Source: an uncultured Methanosarcinales archaeon (GTDB lineage Archaea; Nanobdellota; Nanobdellia; Woesearchaeales; JAGVZT01). From it: a stretch of DNA of 38,111 nucleotides. The notes below the pieces were generated by a model. The model was not told where the DNA came from. It searched no databases and saw nothing but the letters and a program-made list of their open reading frames with translations. The stretch's first letter is position 1; the number at the start of each line of letters is the position of its first letter. The position numbers and the translations under genes were made by a program. The stretch spans positions 1-38,111 of the forward strand of contig CAYQPU010000014.1 of NCBI GenBank assembly GCA_964419615.1, read 5' to 3'. Below, one piece after another: positions 1-9,771 of the stretch.

Positions 1-1334
1 AATCTGGAAGTTAAAAATAAATATTCCTTACTAATGGCATCTCCAGCCATATCAAGTTGGGTTGTAATATCTTCTCTAACATTTACAAGGTCATCAATAT
101 AATCTGGTCTAAGATAAGAACTAATCATTTTCAGATCTTTGAGAATCGCAACCAAATTAAACAATTGGTTTGCCAAAGAAAAATCCTCATCTGAAATTTT
201 ATCCTTTCCATACTGGATAATCTTTCCTAGTTCAGAGGGACTCATGCACTTAACATCAACCATATCATCTAATCCACTTTGGTAAACAGCAATTGCACTT
301 ACAACATCCTCTAAAATACCTGCCTCTTCCTCTGCACTCATGCCAACAAGAATATTATCTAAATGCGCAAGACTTGTCAGGCAACTTCTTTTTTTATCTG
401 CATTATCAGTATCAATGGATACAAATGAATGATACACTTGGCCATCTGATGTCACGCTTTTCTTCTGCAGCAGATTAAATATCCAAATATCATAATAAGG
501 AAGACAAAAATCAATACCATTACCATCAATCCCGCCTTTTTTTAGCTCTGCTTCTAAAGACGAAATTTTTGTTCTTAAAACATCTAATACCGAGTGCATC
601 CCAAGTTGTGATACTCCATAAACATCACTTGATCCCTCTGCAATTTTTGAAATTGAATAATCAGCGTCCTTATGCACAAAACCATCAAAAGGATCTGCAT
701 CATCCATATAAAACATGTAAATTAGATAATTATCAACAACAGAATCTAAAACTGCACTCCTTTGTGACCTTGCAACTTCACTTGGGACTCCACTATTTAG
801 ATACTCAAACTCATCAGCCAATGTCATCTCATCTGCATGATCTGTGAAAGCAACATGTCTTCCAAAATCATCAAATCCAAACCACACAAAAGGAGCATCA
901 AGCCAAGGGTGCTCTCTTAGTAAATCATTAGTAACACTCAATACTTCATACTTATCAGGCTTAATATATTTGGCAGCAACTTCTCTATCGCCAATTCTAA
1001 GTTTCCAAACCTCTTTTGCGGGATCATACTTAGTTGCCTCATACATATATCCAAAAACTTCCTTTTCAACCTCTTGCAATAACCTTAGAAAAACATTAAT
1101 GTCAGTTGGACCATATTCTTTTAGTAATAATGGCCAGTCAATATTGTTTTGAGCTTGCATTTGTGAAAGCAAATCAATCAATTGAGGTTGCCCTACAGTA
1201 GGCATATAATCAGAAGGTTGATTTGCATTTCGATCAGAAATTATAGCATCTAGCTTATCAGCAAAACCTTGTCTTGTGGATTCTAAAGTGCTAACTGGTA
1301 ATCTTTGCTCAAATGATAGAGTTGCCTGTTGCAT
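1..1334 (-). CDS. Partial (runs off window start) hypothetical protein with APH/choline-kinase-like phosphotransferase motifs
   Basis: Manual translation from ATG at 1334 is open to base 1 (>444 codons, MQQATLSFEQRLP...); absent from the ORF track. Contains EVAAKYIK (beta3 Lys-like), YYDIWIFNLL (DxxxxN) and SIDTD (DFG-equivalent) in the right order. Confidence 0.6.
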   Translation of the reverse strand, partial: MQQATLSFEQRLPVSTLESTRQGFADKLDAIISDRNANQPSDYMPTVGQPQLIDLLSQMQAQNNIDWPLLLKEYGPTDINVFLRLLQEVEKEVFGYMYEATKYDPAKEVWKLRIGDREVAAKYIKPDKYEVLSVTNDLLREHPWLDAPFVWFGFDDFGRHVAFTDHADEMTLADEFEYLNSGVPSEVARSQRSAVLDSVVDNYLIYMFYMDDADPFDGFVHKDADYSISKIAEGSSDVYGVSQLGMHSVLDVLRTKISSLEAELKKGGIDGNGIDFCLPYYDIWIFNLLQKKSVTSDGQVYHSFVSIDTDNADKKRSCLTSLAHLDNILVGMSAEEEAGILEDVVSAIAVYQSGLDDMVDVKCMSPSELGKIIQYGKDKISDEDFSLANQLFNLVAILKDLKMISSYLRPDYIDDLVNVREDITTQLDMAGDAISKEYLFLTSR

Positions 1335-1408
1335 TTTAGTATTAATTATAAGGAACAAAGGCAATTTATAAGCATTTCTGGGCTTTATTACCTAAAAGTG
1401 GGGAAAAA

Positions 1409-2074
1409 TCAGTCTTTTTTACACACAAACATGATATGATCTTTTTGAAAAGGACTTAAAATCCTTTTATCCACTATTGTTACGTGCTCTTCAAGCTTTT
1501 TTCTAACCTCTGTAAATACAACACTAGGTTTCTTAGTAATATCAATAGAACGCGCCTTTACACACAAAATAGCAAATCCACCGTTCTTAAGTAATTTTAT
1601 ATTATCTAAGAATATCTCAGCTTGATGTCTTTGTGCAATATCTTGATACATAAAATTAGCAAGCTTTACTTTATGGAAATACTCTTCTGGATGAGAAGCA
1701 TCTGCTAAAATAGGAACAATGTTATTTCTTTTTCTAGCTAAAAACACAAGCTCCCTCATAACTCTTGGAGCACTATCCAAAGCAAAAACCACACCTTCAT
1801 CACCAACAATATCACTAACATGGGAAACAGTTGTACCAGTTGAAGAACCTAAATACAAAATTGTATCACCTTCAACAAAATTTAATTGACTTAAACCTTT
1901 AATCATAGCAGCAGCAAGTTTTGACTTATGGGGATCCCATTCTCTGAATTCTGTTTTATCTTTGATAACTGTCCTCTCAGAATAAACCGTTTCACCAGGT
2001 GTAAGATTCCTAGTATACAATAATTTCCTCTTACCTTTTCTCTGTTCAAACACTCTTGGAAATTTTTGTTTCAT
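1409..2074 (-). CDS. flpA: Fibrillarin-like rRNA/tRNA 2'-O-methyltransferase
   Basis: Motifs YSER, FREWDPHKSKLAAA, ILYLGSSTGTTVSHVSD, YQDIAQ, CVKARSID, LSPFQKDH; start overlaps nop5 stop (ATGA). Confidence 0.97.
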   Translation of the reverse strand: MKQKFPRVFEQRKGKRKLLYTRNLTPGETVYSERTVIKDKTEFREWDPHKSKLAAAMIKGLSQLNFVEGDTILYLGSSTGTTVSHVSDIVGDEGVVFALDSAPRVMRELVFLARKRNNIVPILADASHPEEYFHKVKLANFMYQDIAQRHQAEIFLDNIKLLKNGGFAILCVKARSIDITKKPSVVFTEVRKKLEEHVTIVDKRILSPFQKDHIMFVCKKD

Positions 2075-3015
2075 CTGAATCTCTCTTCTAATTCTGCTTT
2101 TAACCTATCACCAATAAAATCGCCTTTGAAATAATCAACTCTTGCAGCTAATGAGATTTTGTCTGCAAGAGCTCTTGCAACTTTCCCATGATCTTTTCTC
2201 TTTGCTCTCGAAATCATCGGATGCTCATGGATAAATCCATATTTTGGAGGCAATGCTCCCTTTGTCAAATGCCTAAACAATGCTTTCTCAGCACCAAGTA
2301 ATTGAACCGTAGAGGAAGGCATGCTTGCCATTCTCTTTAACGAACCTGCAGCCTCCATTAACTTAGCTCCAATTAAAGCCCCTGCAATTTCTGTAATATT
2401 AGGACAAATTTTCTTCATACTTTTATCTAAATATTCTGTTAACCTATTCTTTAACTCAAACAACTCTTTAGTACTACTGGCTAAATCAAAAATAGGTTTC
2501 AAATCTTTCTCTTTAAGATCTGCTCCCATCAAACCTCTGTCCTTAACTCCTTTGATTACTGTATTTACAAAAGCCTCATGATCACTAATATTTTCATTAG
2601 TTTCTGGATCATATAATGAATACCATTCTCTCAATCTTTTAACCATTCTATTAATATCCTGATTCAAATCATCAATAGTGTTAATACACTGGATAATTAG
2701 CAGGTCAGAAGTAACTGACTCTTTAATTTTAATTTGAGTAATCTTTAAATTAGCAGGTCTGAAATCCAATTCAATTTCATGTACTAGACTCAAATCCTGC
2801 GAAAGCTTCAATTTATCATCTTTTTTAAAACCAATAAATGTTCCAGGATTGTGTTTTTTAATTAACTGTTCTTCTTCATCTATCCATAATCCTTTTTCTA
2901 ATTTTTTGTTTCTGTCTAAAATATCTTTGAATTCAATTTTGTCGATAACTTTAGAATCCTCAATAACAAAACTTTCAAAACAAGTTGAATAAAGGTATTT
3001 CATAAGCAAAAGCAA
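2071..3015 (-). CDS. nop5: Nop5/Nop56-58 C/D-box sRNP protein (likely start ATG at 3003)
   Basis: RLREWYSLYDPE, AGSLKRMASMPSSTVQLLGAEKALF, PKYGFIHEHP, GKVARALADKISLAARVD; directly upstream of fibrillarin. Confidence 0.95.
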   Translation of the reverse strand: MLLLMKYLYSTCFESFVIEDSKVIDKIEFKDILDRNKKLEKGLWIDEEEQLIKKHNPGTFIGFKKDDKLKLSQDLSLVHEIELDFRPANLKITQIKIKESVTSDLLIIQCINTIDDLNQDINRMVKRLREWYSLYDPETNENISDHEAFVNTVIKGVKDRGLMGADLKEKDLKPIFDLASSTKELFELKNRLTEYLDKSMKKICPNITEIAGALIGAKLMEAAGSLKRMASMPSSTVQLLGAEKALFRHLTKGALPPKYGFIHEHPMISRAKRKDHGKVARALADKISLAARVDYFKGDFIGDRLKAELEERFR

Positions 3016-3231
3016 ATCCTTGATTTATTTAAAATCTTTGGTAATAGATTCCATGTTGACTGATTATATTCATATATTTAAGTAAAGATTTTAAATTCCA
3101 AAAAAATGGGTAAATGTCAAAAAGATTCTATTATTTGCAATCATTGATGCAACAGCCCACTTTTTTGTTATATAAATGTTTTGAACATGGTAAAAGAAAA
3201 CTATTAAAATAATATTAGTTTAACAAGCATT

Positions 3232-3552
3232 ATGCACGAAACATCTATGATCAAAGATATAATTAATCAGGCTGAAAAACAAGGAGATGTTAAATCTATC
3301 ACAATTGAGGTTGGAGAACTTGCCAACATTGAGCCACATCACCTAAAAGAACATTTGTCTGAAATCGTAGATTGGGATATTAAGGTTAAAACAATAGATG
3401 CAATTACAGAATGCGCATGCGGATTCAAAGGAAAACCCAAGACAATAACAAGAGGCCACGACTTTGTATTGTTCACATGCCCATGGTGTAATGATGTTCC
3501 TAAAGTTGTGCAAGGAGATCAGATTGTATTAAAGGAGGTAAAATGTGTTTAG
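3232..3552 (+). CDS. hypA: Hydrogenase nickel metallochaperone HypA
   Basis: N-terminal MHE Ni motif, IEVGELANIEP, Zn-type Cys motifs (CACG; CPWC), QGDQIVLKEV. Confidence 0.9.
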   Translation: MHETSMIKDIINQAEKQGDVKSITIEVGELANIEPHHLKEHLSEIVDWDIKVKTIDAITECACGFKGKPKTITRGHDFVLFTCPWCNDVPKVVQGDQIVLKEVKCV

Positions 3553-3746
3553 CTTTTCCAGGTAAAATAATTAGCATAAATCAAAAAAAAGCTCAAGTAG
3601 TCTTCAATGGAGACACAAGAGAAATAGATTTATCCTTAATTGAAGCTGAAGTTGGGGACTATATAATCTCAAATGCAGGCTTTGCAATAAAAAAAGTGCC
3701 AGAAAAAGAGGCAATTGAAAGTATAAAATTACTAAAACAAATATGA
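3543..3746 (+). CDS. hypC: HypC/HybG/HupF-family hydrogenase chaperone (conserved His replaced by Asn)
   Basis: MCLAFPGKI N-terminus; GDYIISNAGFA where the family has GDYVLVHxGFA; SD GGAGGT at 3534-3539. Confidence 0.9.
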   Translation: MCLAFPGKIISINQKKAQVVFNGDTREIDLSLIEAEVGDYIISNAGFAIKKVPEKEAIESIKLLKQI

Positions 3747-4207
3747 AACCAGAACTACTATTTTTCAAATATGCATTTCCATGTGCACAGGTTCTATTAG
3801 ATCAAAAAAAAATTAACAAAGAAACTTATCAAGAATTAAAAGAAATGTTTGAGCAAAATCAAACACCCAATAAAGAATTTTTAGAAAACACATTCAAAGC
3901 AGGATTTAGAAGATTAAAAACAATTGCAGATCAAATGAACAGATCCCCTTGGGATAATGATGTTATTGAAAAATACTTTTTGGAAGATCACAATAAATTT
4001 ATTGACAATGGTGAGGGAGATTATGCAACAGCCCCAGAATCATTTAAAAAAATCTGTAAAGTATACAAAGTAAAAGTCATTGATGTTCAAGGCAATATTC
4101 TCTCAGTTTCAAGTGAAATAACTCCCAGAATTTTACATAATCTAGAAGATGTTAGAGTTGGAGATATAGTCACAATTCACCTAGGGTTTGCAGTCCAGGT
4201 AATCTGA
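3743..4207 (+). CDS. Hydrogenase-cluster protein, DUF6390-like, with HypC-like C-terminal motif
   Basis: LLFFKYAFPC N-terminus, PWDNDVIEKYF, C-terminal VGDIVTIHLGFAV; ATGA-coupled to hypC. Family assignment is from recalled similarity, not a search. Confidence 0.55.
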   Translation: MKPELLFFKYAFPCAQVLLDQKKINKETYQELKEMFEQNQTPNKEFLENTFKAGFRRLKTIADQMNRSPWDNDVIEKYFLEDHNKFIDNGEGDYATAPESFKKICKVYKVKVIDVQGNILSVSSEITPRILHNLEDVRVGDIVTIHLGFAVQVI

Positions 4208-5088
4208 ATTCTATTAGACAAACTGACAATTCCAAAAACACCTGATATTAGTAGGATCACACCAACAATCTGTGGAACAGAAATTATTTTATCAAGAAAA
4301 ACAAAATTAAACACAGTTGTAATTGGGCTTCCTAATAATAGTATACTGGTTGCAGTTGTTGGGCTAACAAACTTTAGTCCATTATAATATGTATAAACAA
4401 ACCCCAATAATAATAATGATGTGAATCCAGTCCATAGTACTTGAGATAAACTCAAATTAACAATACCTTGAATGTTTCCACTGAAAACTAAAAACATCAA
4501 AATAAACAATGATCCAAAAAACATCCTGCCAAAGGCAATTGTTTTTCCATCAAGATCTTTAAGGGCATTCTTTGAAATAATATTCTCAACGCTCCAAAAT
4601 AAAGTTGCAACTAAAACCCAAGTTTCACCCATTCCCCAGGAGAATGAATTAATACTTAATAGCAGAAAATTCCCCAGTACTACTAACAAAGCTGGGACAA
4701 GGAATTTTTTATTGATTCTCTCTTTCATAAAAACAAAAGCTAAAACAGTTACCCATATAAACATAGTTTTATGGATAAAACCTGCTGAGGCAGCGCTTGT
4801 TAATTGCAAACCTTTGAAAAACAGCAAAAATGGAATAGAGCCACCAAACAAACCAATAGCTCCTAATTTGATATACTGTTTTTTTGATAAACTAAAAATA
4901 GTTTTATCTTTTAAAAGTAAAATTAATGATAGTAAAAACACTGCAACTGCACTATTCTTAAGAAAAGTAAAAACATAAGGATTCATTCCCTTAACACCAA
5001 ACTTGTTCAGAAATATGGAAAACCCTGATATGATTGCAGTCATTAAAACAAGCTTCAACCCTTTTTTTTCCATGCAAACAAAAAACAA
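4177..5088 (-). CDS. EamA/DMT-family transporter
   Basis: About 10 hydrophobic segments in two repeats; FLLFFKGLQLTSAASAGFI and YNGLKFVSPTTATSILLL motifs. Confidence 0.85.
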   Translation of the reverse strand: MFFVCMEKKGLKLVLMTAIISGFSIFLNKFGVKGMNPYVFTFLKNSAVAVFLLSLILLLKDKTIFSLSKKQYIKLGAIGLFGGSIPFLLFFKGLQLTSAASAGFIHKTMFIWVTVLAFVFMKERINKKFLVPALLVVLGNFLLLSINSFSWGMGETWVLVATLFWSVENIISKNALKDLDGKTIAFGRMFFGSLFILMFLVFSGNIQGIVNLSLSQVLWTGFTSLLLLGFVYTYYNGLKFVSPTTATSILLLGSPITTVFNFVFLDKIISVPQIVGVILLISGVFGIVSLSNRIQITWTANPR

Positions 5089-5170
5089 GTTAGAGTTTTT
5101 ATAGGTTTTGTTTTATTCAGTTTTGTCAATTTCTTATATTTTATTAATTTGAATGTGAACAATTGTCACA

Positions 5171-5962
5171 ATGTTTATATTCTCCTCATGCTTTCCAATA
5201 TATATGGGGGATTTTGAGTTTTATGTGAGTGGAGAGGAAATTTCCACAAGTGGTGATATTAGTTTATTCTTTCCTGGCTGGCGTGATGAAAATGTGGCTT
5301 TCATAGCTCCCCATGATGACGATGGAGTTATTGGTTCAGGTCTACTTATGCAAGCTGTTAAAGCTTTCGGTGGCAAAGTGCATCTGATGATTGTTGGGGA
5401 TGGAAGACAGGGTTATTGTTCTGAGGAAGAGATATCCACAATTTATGATACAAGAAGAAAAGAAACAGAAAGATCTTCTGAAATCTTGGGTATTGATGAA
5501 ATTCATAGATTTGAATACCCCGAAGGTGACTTTGCATTATACTTCAAAACCTCAGACGGTATTATAAGAACAACAACTCAAAAACTAAAAGAAGTTAATG
5601 CTACTCGAATTGTTGTTCCTACTATTAATGATGCTCACCCAGACCATCAGTATGTGAATCGAGCTGCGAGAATCGCTTTTTTTCATGCAAATGGGGGTCT
5701 GTGGGATGGTTACAGCACAGATATAAGAGATTTATTGGAATCTGCAATTTATTGTCCATTTGATACCTCACCTGATCGAGCTGTTAAAACTTCAGCCAGA
5801 ATATTTAAAAAGAAAAAAAAAGCTATTTCTGCATTCAAATCTCAAAGGCAGATCCGTGATCTGGTTGAAATATTGGCTGATGACGGACCTCAAGAAACAT
5901 TTAGAAGCATACCTCCTCCAAATTATTCCTCGCGTGTAATGTTTGAGCAATATTTTCAGTGA
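5171..5962 (+). CDS. PIG-L/LmbE-family deacetylase
   Basis: FIAPHDDDGVIG, GDGRQG, RRKETERS, AHPDHQ motifs. Confidence 0.85.
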   Translation: MFIFSSCFPIYMGDFEFYVSGEEISTSGDISLFFPGWRDENVAFIAPHDDDGVIGSGLLMQAVKAFGGKVHLMIVGDGRQGYCSEEEISTIYDTRRKETERSSEILGIDEIHRFEYPEGDFALYFKTSDGIIRTTTQKLKEVNATRIVVPTINDAHPDHQYVNRAARIAFFHANGGLWDGYSTDIRDLLESAIYCPFDTSPDRAVKTSARIFKKKKKAISAFKSQRQIRDLVEILADDGPQETFRSIPPPNYSSRVMFEQYFQ

Positions 5963-6116
5963 ATGATGTAATTATCTCTAAATTATTTTGCTGTCTTTAT
6001 TTTCAAAAGCATTCAAAAGTTCTATAATAATGTATGCACTTGAGTTTTTATAGGTTTTGATAATTCAGTTAGATAAAAACATATGACCTTAATGCAAAGA
6101 TAGTACTAACTTTGTT

Positions 6117-6413
6117 TCAACTCATTTTTTCTTCCACACTTTGGACCTTTTTTACAAGCCCGTTTTCCCGGCCTTCTCTGTAATCAATATTAATCCTAAC
6201 AGATATTCTTGGACAATCTTGTCTCATCCTCTTATAGCATTCACTCACCACATCCATTAGATCATACCAATCCCCCTCCAGGATTGTACCCATTGGTGTG
6301 AGCATATAATCAATGCCAGACTTATCAATTATTTCCAAAGATCTAGCAACATATTTACTTAGGCTTTCCCCTTCTCCGATCGGAGACATAGCAAATTCCA
6401 ATAGAACAGACAT
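6117..6413 (-). CDS. MTH1187/YkoF-family thiamine-binding protein
   Basis: EFAMSPIG..SLSKYVA, YMLTPMGTILEG, RISVRINIDYR; SD GAGGTG upstream. Confidence 0.88.
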   Translation of the reverse strand: MSVLLEFAMSPIGEGESLSKYVARSLEIIDKSGIDYMLTPMGTILEGDWYDLMDVVSECYKRMRQDCPRISVRINIDYREGRENGLVKKVQSVEEKMS

Positions 6414-6587
6414 GTTTTCACCTCAATAATAAATTAGGAAATTAGATATTTTAATTTTGCGTTAAAGTAGGTCTGTCTAGAATAACAAAAAAACACATAT
6501 TAACCTCTTATTCAAAATGCTACTGTTCCGAACAAAGCCTAAAATCCAATACATTTATATCTTACAATTTATTACTTCTCTGTAGGA

Positions 6588-8093
6588 ATGACAAATACAA
6601 AGAAAAATTCAGTAAGACTTACAGAATTTGGTGCTGCAGAACAGGTGGGAGGCTCAAAATTAGGCTTGGGAATAGGTGAAGAAAGCCATTTGTTTGAAGT
6701 TGGAGTTTCTTATGACCCAGAAGAAGATAATTCCCCTCTTCCATTCAACTCAAAAGGCATTGAAAGTCTGACATTAACACATGGTCATGCAGATCATATG
6801 GGAAGAATGCCCGATCTTTTTCTTGATGGGTTCAGGGGGCCAGTATATTCTACACCATGCACAGCAGACATTGTGAGGCATCAGCTCAATGGCCAGTTCC
6901 AGTTTGCATTTAGAAGCTCTGACCGTAGATTTAGAAATGCTGTCGATAACAACAAAATCTCTCTTGAAATGATAATGGAACTATTTGTTAGAGATTCTGA
7001 AACAGGTGAATTAGGTATACCTTATGGAAAACAGGTAAAAATATCTGACCATCTTGCAGTATCGTTTTATGAAGCAGGTCACATACCTGGCTCAGCCCAA
7101 ATTTTGTGCGATATCCAGTTAGGTGGAAGAAAACCAATAAAATTTCTGACAACAGGAGATCTAGGTAGAACAGATTATAAATTATCAGAACATCCAATAA
7201 CAGACACTCCTTTTGTTAAATTCCCTCACAAGGATTTCCCAAAAGACATTGATTACATTGTGGTTGAGGCAACTTACGGTGGCCGAATGCACACATCAAT
7301 TGATGAGTCTATTGAAATTTTGGAAACATGCGTGAATAAGGCTTTTAGGGACGAATCCAAATTAATCATCCCTTCTTTTAGCATCATGAGAACCCAGATG
7401 CTTTTAAATTTCTTATTCCAGCTTGAGAAGGGAAGTAAAATTCCAGAAATCCCAATCTATATGGCAAGCCCTTCCGCGATTGAAGTGAATAGGATAATGT
7501 TGGATTATTACACAGACATGGATGATAGAGCAATAGAAGATTTCAAGGACGAAGGTTATAATCCTTTCCACTTTGATAATCTAATTTATGTTAGAAAATC
7601 AAAAGATAATAAGAAATTGTGGACAAAGAAGGGGCCAATGGTTGTAATCGCATCATCTGGCATGTGTAACATGGGTAGGATTGTTAACCATCTTTATCAT
7701 GCAGTGGAGGATCCAAATAACATGATACTTCAGACAGGCTATCAAAGTCCTAGTACTCTTGGTGGTGTAATCTCAAGAAAAGCCAAGGACCCAAATACAG
7801 ATATAACACTAAATTTTCCATCAGGAATTCCATACCAAGAGTCTGGTAAAAGAAAGCTGAATGCCCAAGTGTATAGGATGCACGGTTTGTCAGGTCATGC
7901 TGATGGGAGAGAAATTGCGGCTCACTTGAAACATATAAGAGATCCAGCTAAGTACGGACCATACAAAGCAATATTCATCAAGCATGGGAGGAAGAAGCAG
8001 TGCGAAGAACTAGAAGATCTGATTGTAAAAGCAGGCTATCCTGCTGACAGAGTTCATGTAATGAAAAAAGCACAAGAGTATCTTCTTGAATAA
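6588..8093 (+). CDS. Metallo-beta-lactamase/beta-CASP fold ribonuclease (CPSF/YSH1-like)
   Basis: THGHADHMG, AGHIPGSA, TGDLG, VEATYG, ASSGMC, LSGHAD, HG motifs. Confidence 0.88.
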   Translation: MTNTKKNSVRLTEFGAAEQVGGSKLGLGIGEESHLFEVGVSYDPEEDNSPLPFNSKGIESLTLTHGHADHMGRMPDLFLDGFRGPVYSTPCTADIVRHQLNGQFQFAFRSSDRRFRNAVDNNKISLEMIMELFVRDSETGELGIPYGKQVKISDHLAVSFYEAGHIPGSAQILCDIQLGGRKPIKFLTTGDLGRTDYKLSEHPITDTPFVKFPHKDFPKDIDYIVVEATYGGRMHTSIDESIEILETCVNKAFRDESKLIIPSFSIMRTQMLLNFLFQLEKGSKIPEIPIYMASPSAIEVNRIMLDYYTDMDDRAIEDFKDEGYNPFHFDNLIYVRKSKDNKKLWTKKGPMVVIASSGMCNMGRIVNHLYHAVEDPNNMILQTGYQSPSTLGGVISRKAKDPNTDITLNFPSGIPYQESGKRKLNAQVYRMHGLSGHADGREIAAHLKHIRDPAKYGPYKAIFIKHGRKKQCEELEDLIVKAGYPADRVHVMKKAQEYLLE

Positions 8094-8183
8094 GCAATGT
8101 TAAATTCTAGTTTGAAATTACTTTCTTTGCAGCTGAAAATTAAAAGCATTTTTGTGGTATTTGTTTACTGTTCAAAGAAATAG

Positions 8184-8196
8184 ACGCCGGGACTGG
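8184..8196. repeat. 13-bp direct repeat ACGCCGGGACTGG, copy 1 (reverse complement resembles a tRNA 3' end)
   Basis: Identical to 9315-9327; GC-rich in an AT-rich context. Confidence 0.8.
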
Positions 8197-8280
8197 AGTA
8201 GTACTTTTAATTGCAATAAAATCCGGAGTTTACTGGTAAAAAGCAAAAACCATATATACTTCTTGAATAATAGGCCAAGC

Positions 8281-9288
8281 ATGACCAAATATAAGTCAGC
8301 TGAATTATCAAACGGAAAAGTTAGAATTATTACTAAAAATCTACCAATTCCAGATGATAACACAATTATTATAAAAATTCATCTATCAGGTATTTGCAGA
8401 GCAGATGTTAAGGAAGTATCAGAATCTAGGGACATACCAGAGGATAGAGGACCATTATTTGGCCATGAAATTAATGGGATAATTACCTATGCGGGTAAGA
8501 ATACTGGATTTGAAAAGGATCAATTAGTTTCTTTCAATCCTAATGTTACACCCCAGAGAACCACAGGATTTGCAGAGTATATGGTAATTAAGGGTCCTCA
8601 GAATATACTAAAAGAAACAGTGATACCTTATACTACTTTGGATAATGAAAAGGCAATCCTAGTAGAACCCTTATCTGCAACATATCACTCAATGGAAAAA
8701 TTAATTGAATATACTGGGTCTATTAAAAATATAAAGATAGCAATATTTGGTGCTGGAAATGCTGGTACAATGTTAGGTTTATTTGCAAAACGAAAAGGCG
8801 CATCTATTAAGTTATTTAATATTGATGATGGAAGAATTCAATTTGCTGAAAAAATCTTTGAAAAAGGTGAGATTTTTAGATTCTCCGATTATTCAAGATT
8901 TGAATTTGATATAGTTATTGTTACCATAACTAGAATTACACACGATAGTTTGAAAATGGCATATGAATGTGTAAAGTCAAATGGTTATATCCATTTATAT
9001 GGTGGAACAAGATCAATTGACAAATTTTTAGATACAGAAGTTAATATTGATAAAATCAGAAGAAATGAACTATTGAAGACAATAAATTATAAAGGAAAAA
9101 TTATTAATTTAACAGGAGCCTATGGAAGTGGACCTTATGATTTCAAAAGGGTTTTTGAAATATTAGATGATTTACCTGTAACCATACTTATTTCCAAGCA
9201 AATTAAATTTGAAGAATTTCCTAAACTAATTATGGATATGGCTTCTGGTAAAGAGGATTATCCTGGAAAGGTTATTGTAAGGTATTAA
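8281..9288 (+). CDS. Zinc-binding medium-chain dehydrogenase (MDR) family protein
   Basis: GICRAD, FGHE, LVEPLS, IFGAGNAG Rossmann motif; no structural-Zn four-Cys loop. ATG 8281 preferred over the ORF-track GTG 8152. Confidence 0.8.
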   Translation: MTKYKSAELSNGKVRIITKNLPIPDDNTIIIKIHLSGICRADVKEVSESRDIPEDRGPLFGHEINGIITYAGKNTGFEKDQLVSFNPNVTPQRTTGFAEYMVIKGPQNILKETVIPYTTLDNEKAILVEPLSATYHSMEKLIEYTGSIKNIKIAIFGAGNAGTMLGLFAKRKGASIKLFNIDDGRIQFAEKIFEKGEIFRFSDYSRFEFDIVIVTITRITHDSLKMAYECVKSNGYIHLYGGTRSIDKFLDTEVNIDKIRRNELLKTINYKGKIINLTGAYGSGPYDFKRVFEILDDLPVTILISKQIKFEEFPKLIMDMASGKEDYPGKVIVRY

Positions 9289-9314
9289 TTCTAATGATAA
9301 TTTAGTAAGATATA

Positions 9315-9327
9315 ACGCCGGGACTGG
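9315..9327. repeat. 13-bp direct repeat ACGCCGGGACTGG, copy 2
   Basis: Identical to 8184-8196; reverse complement of 9316-9328 is CCCAG-TCCCGGC-G. Confidence 0.8.
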
Positions 9328-9396
9328 GCTTTTCTTGTATTCAAAAACAACATTCACCCAAAACAATTATTAACCCTTTATTTATTTAATAGTACT

Positions 9397-9771
9397 ATGC
9401 AAACAATCCTATGCTTTGGAAATCCTCATCTTGACCAAGACTCACTAGCAGTTAGATTAGCAGATGAACTAAAAATCAAAGGTTTTCAATTCAAAAAATG
9501 CGCTAGACCAGAGGAACTTCTTGAAAACACAGAGCCAGAAATAATCATAATGGATGTAGTCAAAGGTCTAAGTAAAGTAGATATTATTACAGATATTGAT
9601 GAATTCAGATTAAACAAGATAATAACATTACATGATATGGATCTAGGATTTATTCTTAAACTGTTAAAAGAAACAGGGCAAATAGAACAAGTTAAGATAA
9701 TTGGACTTCCACAAGATCTTAATATTGAAATAGCAAAATCACAAATAAAACAATTAACAAAAGAACTTTAA
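9397..9771 (+). CDS. Hydrogenase maturation endopeptidase (HycI/HybD-like, short form)
   Basis: CFGNPHLDQDSLA, IIIMDVV, TLHDMDLG, VKIIGLP match the GN..D / D / H pattern; hydrogenase context. Confidence 0.8.
   Translation: MQTILCFGNPHLDQDSLAVRLADELKIKGFQFKKCARPEELLENTEPEIIIMDVVKGLSKVDIITDIDEFRLNKIITLHDMDLGFILKLLKETGQIEQVKIIGLPQDLNIEIAKSQIKQLTKEL

Noticed and set aside
4472-4978. 168-aa plus-strand ORF; similarly 293-1152, 2321-2581 and 16921-17571
   Set aside because: Antisense shadows of well-supported genes on the opposite strand.
8152-8280. GTG-started extension of the dehydrogenase
   Set aside because: It crosses the flanking direct repeat and is not MDR-like; ATG 8281 fits better.
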